A stretch of DNA of 64,000 nucleotides from Octopus bimaculoides (Eukaryota): positions 98,884,345-98,948,344 of the forward strand of contig NC_068982.1 in the NCBI RefSeq assembly GCF_001194135.2, given 5' to 3'. Position numbers and translations under genes: made by a program. Under the pieces are notes generated by a model. The model searched no databases and was not told where the DNA came from. It saw only the letters and a list, made by a program, of their open reading frames with translations. Each line of letters begins with the position of its first letter. The first letter of the stretch is position 1. Of this stretch, positions 39,618 through 46,910 are shown one piece after another.

Positions 39618-42205
39618 ATGTGTGCGTGCGTGCGCGCGTTTCTGTCTCTTTGTCTTGATAGTGTGTGATAGTTGTAAGCAGCGTCGCCATCATACACGTA
39701 GTGTCATTCATTTCTGGTCATCCATGAAAGCATAGTTGGCCATGAAGAAAAATTACCTCGCTCAGGATCAGATGAGAGTAAGCAGTAAGTGTATCTGACG
39801 ATAGAAAATTCCATTTGATTCATGCAGGCATGGAAAAATGAATGTTTAAAAGATGATGATGATGATGTTCTTTGATTGTATAATCTACATTGTTGTTGTC
39901 ATTTAGCTCCAGGCCAGTTTGATAAAACTAGTCTAAGACCAAAGCTGTAATCATACTACTTTCTCATATAGACTGTGTTTCAAATTTTCTTATTTTATTT
40001 AAAAAACTACTTGTTGAAATTCAACAAAATTTCCACAGAATGATGGCAACAGTTATATGTGTGTGGTGTGTAAAAAACACGAGGTTTTGCACAAGTGTAA
40101 ACAAACTGGGGCCATTTGCATGATTTCCATGAGCTTTCAGTGTTCTAAATTATCAATGAGTGGTCTGACAATCGTGTGGAGGTGCAATGGACCAGTGGTC
40201 AGGGCAGCAGACTCGCGGTCGGAGGATCCCGGTTTCGATTCCCAGACCGAGTGTTGTGAGTGTTTATTGAGCAAAAACACCTAAGCTCCACGAGGCTCCA
40301 GCAGGGGGTGGTAGTGAACCCTACTGTACTCTTTCGCCCCAACTTTCTCTCACTCTTTCTTGCTGTTTCTTGAGTAATGCTGCGATGGACTGGCGTCCCA
40401 TCCAGCTAGGGGGAACACATACACCAGAGAAACTGGGAAACCGGGCCCATAAGCCTGGCTAGGCTTTGAAAGGGCGAAATGAATGACAATCGTGTAATTA
40501 TGGGTTGTAAATGTGACTTAACTGCTTCAGAGAAATCTGTTATTACTTCTGAACTTGCAAAAGGTAAATCAACATTAGAAATATTTAAAATAATTGGAAG
40601 ATGTCATCAATTTATGAAAAAATTTGTTACAGCTCTTACAAAGATATGTATGAAAGCCAACAAAGGTTAGTTGAGAGCTATTTCTCAATGTTCTCTGTCA
40701 CGAATTAAGCATGAAGCTGTAAAGAACCCAGGTCTTACAAGTGGAGAACTTTTCAAGTGCATTGGTGAAACAACTGTGTCCTGAACTACCTGATGTCATC
40801 TTCTGGAAAAAGTCAGTAAACCAGTGATATCAGTTAAAAGGCCACTTTTAAACCAAATATACATACAAAATCACCTAAAATGGACAGAAGATAACATGAA
40901 GGTCAACTTTGCAAAAGTTTTGTTTACGGACAAAATTTGTGCTGCTCTTGATGGACCTGATGGTTGGGGCAAGGGATGGGTTGTAAATGGATGAAATTGT
41001 CATCAACACTTGAGATGCCAACAAGTGGAGAAGAGGTATCGTGATTTGAGCAGGTATTATTGGCGGTATTATGGTTGGTCCTTGGAAAGAGCCTGATGGT
41101 GTTAAAATGACCATGGATGCTTACATAGCCTTTCTGAGGGAGCACCTTGAAACTTGGTTAAAAAAGCAAAGGACCACCTTCAAGACAACCATAATATTCA
41201 TGCAAGATAATGTGCCCTTGCACTCAGCAATGGAAACTACAGAGTATCTTCAACAATTAGGCTTCTGTGGATCTTGGAAGATGATGTGGCCTGCCTGTTC
41301 TCCCAACTTAAACTCAATAGAAAAACTTGTGGAATATTCTAAGGCAATGAATTTACCAGAATGGATGCCACTTTAGGAGCAAGAATGAACTGTGGCAGGT
41401 GATAGTGGATGTATCTCATGATATAACATCAGAGGAGATCCAAAAACTAGCATTTTCCATGGACCTGCGCCTTTTCCAACTTATTTCAAACAAAGGCTCA
41501 TATATCACTTACCAGTTCAGCTATCATTTCTTCCATATTTATGACTGTATGTGCTCATTTTGGTATGTACATCAAACAATTAAATTAGTATTTTCTTGTT
41601 TACACAAGTTTTAATTGCACCTCACTAATAATTTGAAACAGTGAAAGTTTACATAAATTTGGGAAATAGCTGTAGTTTATGTGTTGTTTTACAGAACCTC
41701 ACATTTTTTACATGCCACATGTATAGAACTGTTACCATCATTCTATAAAAATTTTGTTGAATTCCAACAAACAGTTTTTAAATAGAATAAAAAAGATGTT
41801 ATGTCATTAATATGAAATGCAGTGTAGATAGGGAAATCTATAACATAATATCCAACTTGACCTTTATTTGAAGATGGTTAGGTGTAATTTGAGGGATATT
41901 TAGCTACTATTTCTGGCAGGTTGAGTGATCATGTAGAGGATTTAATCAATATGTTAATCAAGTGACTTGCTTCAACTAATGGGCTTTTATATTTTTCCAC
42001 CACTTTTAATTGTCTACAGCTTGTTGATTTTCTACAATGTGGAATTTTGTTGTCTGAGGAAGTGTTCACATGTGGAAACTCGGAGTAATAGCACAAGTGA
42101 CATCTTGGCTCAGGGCTATAGAAGGCACTTGCCCAACGTGCAGTGTAGTGGGACTGAATTCAAGAGTACATGATTAGGAAGTAAACATCTTAACCACAAA
42201 GCCAT

Positions 42206-42249
<44 letters not shown>

Positions 42250-42404
42250 GAGTGGCTGTGTGGTAGGTAGCTAGCTTACCAACCACATGGTTCTGGGTTC
42301 ATCCCCACTGCGTGGCACCTTGGGCAAGTGTCTTCTACTATAGCCTCGGGCTGACCAAAGCCTTGTGAGTGGATATGGTAGACAGAAACTGAAAGAAGCT
42401 CGTC

Positions 42405-42438
<34 letters not shown>

Positions 42439-42749
42439 ATATGTTTGTGTGTCTGTGTTTGTACCTCCCAACATCACTTGACAACCGATGGTGGTGTGTT
42501 TATGTCCCCGTAACTTAGCGGTTCGGCAAACGAGAACAATAGAATAAGTACTAGGCGTCCAAAAAGAATAAGTCCTGGGGTCGATTTTCTCGACTAAAGG
42601 CGGTGCTCCAGCATGGCCGCAGTCAAATGACTGAAACAAGTAAAAGAGTAAAAGATTATATATATTGGGGCTATTTAAATAGCCCCAATGTAATCGGTAG
42701 AACTGTATGCAAGTCTTATTTCATGAAGACAATTTGTGTATAGTTCTGC

Positions 42750-42791
<42 letters not shown>

Positions 42792-44385
42792 TAGTACTGC
42801 ATATACAATTCTGTAATCACGAGTAAGTTGGTAGATGGAAACTTTAAGAAACCTGTCATGTGTGTGTGTGTGTGTGTAAAATTATGTTTAGGAATCACTA
42901 AATGTACATATTTATGGAAAGATTCTGATAATCCAACTAATGAAGTGAATCTATTTCATAGATTCCGAGCACAATTTGGGACAGACATAATGAAAAATGC
43001 ACTGCATGCAAGTTCCAGCTCTCTGAAAGTACAACTATTAAAAAACATAGTATTTGGACCTGATACATGTAAGTCAATCTTTATTATTACAAACAGCACA
43101 GAACATTTGTCATTGTACTTTCCATCAAATTGCATTTCAGTTGGATAAATTTTTTTTTATCTTATATTACACCATACATCATGTCTTGAATAATCACATC
43201 AGTACATGCACCAAAAAAAAAAATGCTGTATGCCACTACATTACATCAAACTGTGGAGGCGCAATGGCCCAGTGGTTTGGGCAGCGGACTTGCGGTCATA
43301 GGATCGCGGTTTCGATTCTCAGACCGGGTGTTGTGAGTGTTTATTGAGCGAAAACACCTAAAGCTCCACGAGGTTCCGGCAGGGGATGGTGGCGACCTCT
43401 GCTGTACTCTTCTACCACAACTTTCTCTCACTCTTACTTCCTGTTTCTGTTGTGCCTGTAATTCAAAGGGCCAGCCTTGTCACACTGTGTCACGCTGAAT
43501 ATCCCCGAGAACTACGTTAAGGGTACACGTGTCTGTGAAGTACTCAGCCACTTGCACGTTAATTTCACAAGCAGGCTGTTCCGTTGATCAGATAAACTGG
43601 AACCCTCAACGTTGTAAGTGACGGAGTGCCAACAACAACATACATTATACTATTTCACATATGCCACACCACTTACCACATCATACTTTCATAATACCAC
43701 ACTTCTTTTTATCATAAACTGTACTTCAGCTCATTTCACATTACATCATCCCATCATAAACGCTAACAAGTCAGACTTGATCTGCTTGGAATAAAATAAC
43801 AGCTAAACTTCTCTCAAGTAACACATCTTCAAAAACGAAAGACACATTCGATACTGTAGTCCTAGGTAGAATAAGTGAATAAAAAAAACAAAAACAGGCA
43901 AAATGGTTATGGCTAGAATTCCATTGATAATAGAACCCTGAAGGTGCATAGCTCAGTGGTTAGAGCATTGGGCTCACAATCATGAAGTAGTGAGTTCAAT
44001 TCCCGGACTAGGCTGTGTTGTGTTCTTGAGCAAGACACTTTATTTCACATTACTCCAGTTCAGTCAGCTCCAGAGGTGAGTTACGATATCACTATGGTCA
44101 AGCTATATCAGACTTTGCCTTTCACTTGGATGACAGTGGTAGCATGGAAAGGAGAAGCTGGGATGAATAGAAGACTACTGACCTCCCATAAGCAACCTTG
44201 TCAACACCTCAAATGTAATGTTTCTTCCCCGAAGATGGAAGCTTGCTTACCTGATGATGGAATCAATTTATTACCATTATTTCGAACAATTGAGCCCCAA
44301 GAAAGAGCTGTTGGATTTCTAACACTATTCTTCAACTCTTTAATTCTTGATATCATTTCTATTCTGTGTTAGTTGCACCTTCTTA

Positions 44386-44423
<38 letters not shown>

Positions 44424-44464
44424 TATATATATATATATACAAATATATACATATGTATATACAT

Positions 44465-44499
<35 letters not shown>

Positions 44500-44506
44500 C
44501 ACACAC

Positions 44507-44537
<31 letters not shown>

Positions 44538-44564
44538 CACATATATATACATACACATATATAT

Positions 44565-44636
<72 letters not shown>

Positions 44637-46570
44637 GGGAACCCCTCTATGCTGATGACCTTGCTCTAATTGCTGAGTTACTATCAGAACTAGAGAAGTT
44701 TCAGATGTGGAAGCAAGGATTAGAATTGAAGGGCCTTAGAGTCAACCTATCTAAAACCAAAGTCCTAATAAGTAGGAAGGTAAACAAAACACAAACCCCT
44801 TCAAGTAGATTGATCTGCTCGATCTGTAGAAAAATCGTAGGTAGAAACTCTATAAGATGTACCCAGTGTAAGCTAGGAACACTTAAGAGGTGCAGCAATA
44901 TCAAAGGAAAGCTAACTAGGAAGATAGTTTTTGTATGTGGACCGAATAGTGACTGGTGACGAGAAATAGGTTCTCTATAAAAATGTCAAGCTCTGAAGAC
45001 AATGGTGAGGGAAAGGAGAAACACTGACACCCCAGGCTAAAAAAGGTCTTCACCCACGTAAAGTGTTGTTATCTGTTTGGTGGAGTTTGAATGGGAAATG
45101 ATGCCCCACCCACCATATTTACTGAACATTGTCCCATCTGATTATCATTTATTCTGCAGTCTTCAAAATCATTTGGACAGAAAAAATACGAATTCTGTAG
45201 GCGAGGTCAGAACAGTACTGGAGGAGAATTTTTCCTCACGGACAAATGAATTTTGGAAGAGGGGACCTTGCAAGTTTACCAGATAGATAGAAGAAAATGA
45301 AAGAGAGTATATTTTAGATTAAAAAGAATTTTATCGTAATTTTGAAAAATAAAAGAAGTTAAAAAAAACCGCATTATTTATAGGATGATACAATATATTA
45401 GAAAAAATGAATGAATAGGCAAAACATGTATCACTATAGATCATGGAATTTATAATTCAAATATAATTGCTTAGTTGTTAGAGAAAATAAGGGATTAAAA
45501 AGTACTGCACTTATATATACCTATTATATTGTCATTCAATGCAATTTTGTACTCTCTCTGTTTCTCTCTCTCTATACGTGTATGTGTGTGTGTGTGTGTG
45601 TGTGTAGTCATTTTTTTCCTTTAAGACTTGCATTCACATAATTATTTCTATTGTGTTGCAGCATGGGATCAGGGTATTCCACCAAGTGGTGAAATGTCAC
45701 CTAATATATTAACATCCTCAGGGTCTCCTTTGTCTCTAGAATATGCCATGACTAGGGAAGCTGCTGAAGACGAGACAAAACCTCTACAGCCTGTTGTTAA
45801 CATTATACCAGAGAGTTCAATAGAAGATGTTCTGGGGGTAGACAGCTCAGTTGAAATTGTTGGAGCAAAATTATCTTCTGTAAAAGAGCAACAAGCCATA
45901 GAAAGACGTGAAAGTGAAGGTATAGAAGAAAAAGATGCCACAGCAGAGGAAATCACTCAAGAAGCTCAAGATGAGGTAAGTAAACCAGCTGAAGCAGCTG
46001 AAGAAACTGAGAAACCACCTGAAGCTGCAGAAGAAACTGAAAAACCCCCTGAAGCTGCAGAAGCAACTGAGAAACCACCTGAAGCTGCAGAAGCAACTGA
46101 GAAACCACCTGAAGCTGCAGAAGAAACTGAAAAACCACCTGAAGCTGCAGAAGAAACTGAGAAACCACCTGAAGCTGCAGAGGAAACTGAGAAACCACCT
46201 GAAGCTGCAGAAGAAACTGAAAAACCCCCTGAAGCTGCAGAAGCAACTGAGAAACCACCTGAAGCTGCAGAAGAAACTGAAAAACCACCTGAAGCTGCAG
46301 AAGAAACTGAAAAACCACCTGAAGCTGCTNNNNNNNNNNNNNNNNNNNNNNNNNNNNNNNNNNNNNNNNNNNNNNNNNNNNNNNNNNNNNNNNNNNNNNN
46401 NNNNNNNNNNNNCAGAAGCAACTGAGAAACCACCTGAAGCTGCAGAAGCAACTGAGAAACCACCTGAAGCTGCAGAAGAAACTGAAAAACCACCTGAAGC
46501 TGCAGAAGAAACTGAAAAACCACCTGAAGCTGCTGAGTTACCTGCAACGGTTGAAGAAGAAAGTAAATGA
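1..46570 (+). CDS. NME8: Thioredoxin domain-containing protein 3 / NME8 homologue (Trx + 3 NDK domains + acidic repeat tail); 17 exons, 5'-partial, roughly 870 aa visible
   Basis: Hand-spliced exons have GT-AG boundaries and compatible phases. The translation shows a Trx fold ([12 protein letters not shown]), three NDK units (IIKPDA...HGSDS; IIRPDA...HGSDT; VIKPEA...HASSS) and an acidic tail, which is the known NME8/TXNDC3/sea-urchin dynein IC1 architecture. Confidence 0.93.
320..560 (+). mobile_element. Decayed 3' ORF end of an RTE-type LINE
   Basis: Translation [56 protein letters not shown] resembles the RTE C-terminus with a degenerate zinc knuckle. Confidence 0.55.
805..1186 (-). mobile_element. 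SINE family B (tRNA head, CORE-like middle, GTAAAA tail)
   Basis: Same family at about 4790-4985(-), 22299-22690(+), 29655-30060(-), 39445-39700(+), 42090-42205(-), 42246-42655(+), 50090-50195(+). Confidence 0.8.
1811..2311 (-). mobile_element. tRNA-derived SINE family A with (AAC)n tail (contains an assembly duplication)
   Basis: Reverse complement of the copies at 21572-21956 and 43255-43640. Confidence 0.88.
2945..3290 (+). mobile_element. tRNA-derived SINE family D
   Basis: A-box-like GGCTCAGTGGTTAGAGC and B-box-like GTTTGATTCC; related copies at about 2586-2830(+), 25070-25345(-), 43940-44190(+). Confidence 0.75.
3785..3995 (+). mobile_element. SINE family C (GAGCTGGCAGAA...AGTACCAG...GCC), about 210 bp
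   Basis: Copies at about 16300-16512(-), 16546-16755(+), 27905-28110(-), 30150-30335(+), 35225-35440(+), 37850-37980(-), 49795-49915(-). Confidence 0.75.
4097..4658. mobile_element. Possible solo LTR
   Basis: TGTAG...TTACA ends, AATAAA near the right end, appears to split a common repeat; no matching TSD. Confidence 0.35.
5119..5222 (+). CDS. NME8: NME8 exon 2 (Trx active-site exon)
   Basis: ttccag|(V)[34 protein letters not shown]|gtaagg. Confidence 0.95.
6272..6586. mobile_element. Tc1/mariner-type MITE
   Basis: TA|CAAGGTGTTCAAAAAGTTTCTCCACA ... TGCGGAGAGACTTTTTGAACACCTTG|TA (26-bp TIR, 2 mismatches); internal 16-bp tandem repeat x3. Confidence 0.88.
7900..7971 (+). CDS. NME8: NME8 exon 3
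   Basis: tttcag|[24 protein letters not shown]|gtaagt. Confidence 0.93.
8200..9066 (+). mobile_element. Internally deleted mariner transposon
   Basis: TA-flanked TIRs (CAAGGGGGTACCCCAAA / TTTGGGTATCCCCTCG); decayed transposase [11 protein letters not shown]...[12 protein letters not shown]...[10 protein letters not shown]. Confidence 0.85.
9340..9456 (+). CDS. NME8: NME8 exon 4
   Basis: tgttag|[39 protein letters not shown]|gtttgt. Confidence 0.92.
9589..9803. mobile_element. piggyBac-type MITE
   Basis: CCTTTAGCATT...AATGCTAAAGGG|TTAA; related inverted, truncated copy at about 49220-49428 preceded by TTAA. Confidence 0.65.
10560..10790 (+). mobile_element. Penelope-like element fragment (GIY-YIG C-terminal region)
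   Basis: [19 protein letters not shown] at 10671-10727, with NITW upstream, matches the Y.NGS..C.LCL.EK motif of Penelope ORFs. Confidence 0.55.
11364..11433 (+). CDS. NME8: NME8 exon 5 (acidic linker)
   Basis: tgcaag|[23 protein letters not shown]+g|gtgata; phase fits exon 6, splice sites weaker. Confidence 0.78.
11609..12040 (-). mobile_element. LINE 3' tail / LINE-dependent repeat family E with (ATG)n tail
   Basis: High-identity copies at about 14410-14700(-), 19572-19975(-), 27557-27860(-), 29030-29235(+); more diverged copies at about 640-790, 13800-13940, 17090-17340, 31080-31290, 35800-36070(+). Confidence 0.8.
12430..13085. repeat. Degenerate minisatellite (core TATGTTACAGTACAGT, about 18-20 bp period)
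   Basis: Repeated GTTACAG/AGTACAG cores over about 650 bp. Confidence 0.85.
13166..13245 (+). CDS. NME8: NME8 exon 6 (start of NDK1)
   Basis: caaaag|(E)[26 protein letters not shown]|gtaagt. Confidence 0.9.
13533..13641. repeat. Compound microsatellite (GT)n(GC)n(CA)n(CT)n
   Basis: Direct reading. Confidence 0.95.
15227..15319 (+). CDS. NME8: NME8 exon 7
   Basis: ttccag|[31 protein letters not shown]|gtgaga. Confidence 0.92.
15520..15900. repeat. Degenerate about 35-bp minisatellite (ATTAATCCACCTATAGCTACCTGTGATTTGTC)
   Basis: About 10 diverged units. Confidence 0.85.
17724..17878 (+). CDS. NME8: NME8 exon 8
   Basis: ttgcag|[51 protein letters not shown]+ag|gtcaaa. Confidence 0.93.
19364..21140 (-). 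mobile_element. Decayed Tc1-like (DD34E) transposon with a nested family-E insertion (about 19572-19975)
   Basis: Minus strand [12 protein letters not shown]...[13 protein letters not shown], with the C-terminal helix ([13 protein letters not shown]) on the far side of the insertion; terminal TTCAAAA[C/T]TATAA[A/T]GCCA inverted motifs. Confidence 0.88.
21373..21447 (+). CDS. NME8: NME8 exon 9 (NDK1 His)
   Basis: ttacag|(S)[24 protein letters not shown]+ag|gtaaat. Confidence 0.93.
21572..21956 (+). mobile_element. tRNA-derived SINE family A, full length with TSD
   Basis: A box TGGCCCAGTGG, B-box-like GGTTTTGATTCC, (AAC)n tail, TSD TTGTTATT on both sides. Confidence 0.9.
22099..22211 (+). CDS. 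NME8: NME8 exon 10 (end of NDK1, start of NDK2)
   Basis: tttcag|(R)[37 protein letters not shown]+g|gtattg. Confidence 0.92.
22987..23186. repeat. Imperfect about 200-bp palindrome (foldback/MITE-like)
   Basis: TTTTAATGAAATTTTCTATAAATACGCTTCAGATTGTGTACATT pairs with the reverse complement of AATCTACACATTCTGAAAGTTATTAGTTGAAATTTTCATTTAAAA. Confidence 0.7.
23431..23915. mobile_element. Foldback element with about 120-bp diverged inverted arms
   Basis: About 23431-23550 is complementary to about 23795-23915. Confidence 0.7.
24750..24894 (+). CDS. NME8: NME8 exon 11
   Basis: attaag|(D)[47 protein letters not shown]+ag|gtaaaa. Confidence 0.93.
26056..26163 (+). CDS. NME8: NME8 exon 12
   Basis: tttcag|(S)[35 protein letters not shown]+ag|gtaagt. 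Confidence 0.93.
28221..28484. mobile_element. hAT-type MITE, intact
   Basis: Perfect 15-bp TIR CAGGGGTTTTCAAAC/GTTTGAAAACCCCTG; 8-bp TSD TCCTAGAC at 28213-28220 and 28485-28492. Confidence 0.95.
30602..30750 (+). CDS. NME8: NME8 exon 13 (NDK2 His, start of NDK3)
   Basis: attcag|(S)[49 protein letters not shown]+g|gtacat. Confidence 0.94.
31560..33950 (-). mobile_element. Decayed CR1-group LINE ORF2 relic
   Basis: Minus-strand motifs [47 protein letters not shown] and HSYIDDVT (32258-32280, YADD equivalent); many stops and frameshifts. Confidence 0.8.
34265..34403 (+). CDS. NME8: NME8 exon 14
   Basis: attcag|(G)[45 protein letters not shown]+ac|gtatgt. Confidence 0.92.
36109..37358 (+). 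mobile_element. Full-length decayed mariner (about 1.25 kb)
   Basis: TIRs AGGTTGAGTAAAAAGTAAGCA / TGCTTACTTTTTACTCAGCCT; motifs [27 protein letters not shown]; stops and frameshifts, last catalytic Asp changed to Ala. Confidence 0.92.
37690..37785. repeat. (ATAGC)n pentanucleotide repeat
   Basis: Direct reading. Confidence 0.9.
38539..38646 (+). CDS. NME8: NME8 exon 15
   Basis: cttcag|(T)[35 protein letters not shown]+tt|gtaagt. Confidence 0.93.
39140..39344. mobile_element. pogo/Tigger-type MITE
   Basis: TA|CAGTAATCCCTTGCCATATC ... GATAGTCGAGGGATTACTG|TA. Confidence 0.85.
39971..41824 (+). mobile_element. Decayed Tc1-like transposon with about 200-bp TIRs and a nested tRNA-SINE (about 40178-40485)
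   Basis: HTH start [28 protein letters not shown]; [11 protein letters not shown]...[12 protein letters not shown]; about 39971-40165 is complementary to about 41617-41824; TA flanks. Confidence 0.87.
42962..43068 (+). CDS. NME8: NME8 exon 16 (NDK3 His)
   Basis: tcatag|(L)[35 protein letters not shown]+t|gtaagt. Confidence 0.92.
43255..43640 (+). mobile_element. tRNA-derived SINE family A
   Basis: Near-identical to 21572-21956. Confidence 0.9.
44378..44633. repeat. Compound (CA)n/(TA)n microsatellite
   Basis: Direct reading. Confidence 0.97.
44634..44939 (+). mobile_element. RTE-type LINE reverse-transcriptase fragment
   Basis: [15 protein letters not shown]...[13 protein letters not shown]...[20 protein letters not shown]. 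Confidence 0.88.
44940..45395 (+). mobile_element. Internally deleted mariner fragment
   Basis: [33 protein letters not shown]. Confidence 0.85.
45662..46570 (+). CDS. NME8: NME8 exon 17 (terminal; acidic tail with [10 protein letters not shown] repeats; spans an 83-N gap)
   Basis: gttgcag|(S)[11 protein letters not shown]...VSK-(PPEAAE[E/A]TEK)n-...[14 protein letters not shown](46568-46570); phase 1 matches exon 16; AATAAA follows. Confidence 0.85.
45985..46534 (+). repeat. 30-bp coding minisatellite (CCACCTGAAGCTGCAGAAG[A/C]AACTGA[G/A]AAA)
   Basis: About 11.5 units before the N-gap (46330-46412) and about 4 after it; units are near-identical. Confidence 0.97.
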
Positions 46571-46659
46571 CCTGAAGTTGAAAATTCAGCTCCCACAAAA
46601 TAAAAATTGATAAACAATTAATGACTACCATTGAAAGTTCCATGTTTTGTAGTAGAATG

Positions 46660-46665
46660 AATAAA
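46660..46665 (+). terminator. Putative NME8 polyadenylation signal AATAAA
   Basis: Canonical hexamer about 90 nt after the stop codon. Confidence 0.6.
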
Positions 46666-46770
46666 TGTTACCATTTTCTTAATATCCAGATNNNNNNNNN
46701 NGAAATAATACATTTCTAAATCTCTCAGAGAGATTTATGCAGTAGTGATACGATGAAGTAGTTGTATGCT

Positions 46771-46910
46771 GTCAACTTAATGTGACAGTCCCCTGAAGAG
46801 AATAATAAGGACACAGGAAATGTGTCAAGGCCGACAGGAAGCGGTGCAGCTTCCTAGGTCTAACTAACAGTAGTATTATTCCCTTCAGGGGACTGTCACA
46901 TTAAGTTGAC
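46771..46910. repeat. 140-bp structured palindrome (37-bp arms, 1 mismatch)
   Basis: 46771-46807 is the reverse complement of 46874-46910 apart from one base. Confidence 0.92.

Noticed and set aside
44340-44669. HT/YI-repeat ORFs on both strands
   Set aside because: Translations of (CA)n/(TA)n microsatellites
46330-46412. Apparent 1-nt frameshift in the last exon
   Set aside because: It falls across an N-gap of estimated length
45985-46534. CRISPR-like regular array
   Set aside because: No unique spacers; it is a coding tandem repeat in a eukaryotic exon
46568-46570. Selenocysteine UGA
   Set aside because: No recognisable SECIS before the poly(A) signal and no redox context at this position
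45871-46643. Minus-strand ORFs (SSAASGGF and LLQLQVV repeats)
   Set aside because: Antisense shadows of the stop-free 30-bp coding repeat; the plus frame is the one that joins exon 16 in phase
46793-46820. Hammerhead ribozyme core (CUGAAGA...GAAA)
   Set aside because: The 17 nt between the motifs cannot form stem II, and the opposite arm reads CUGAAGG
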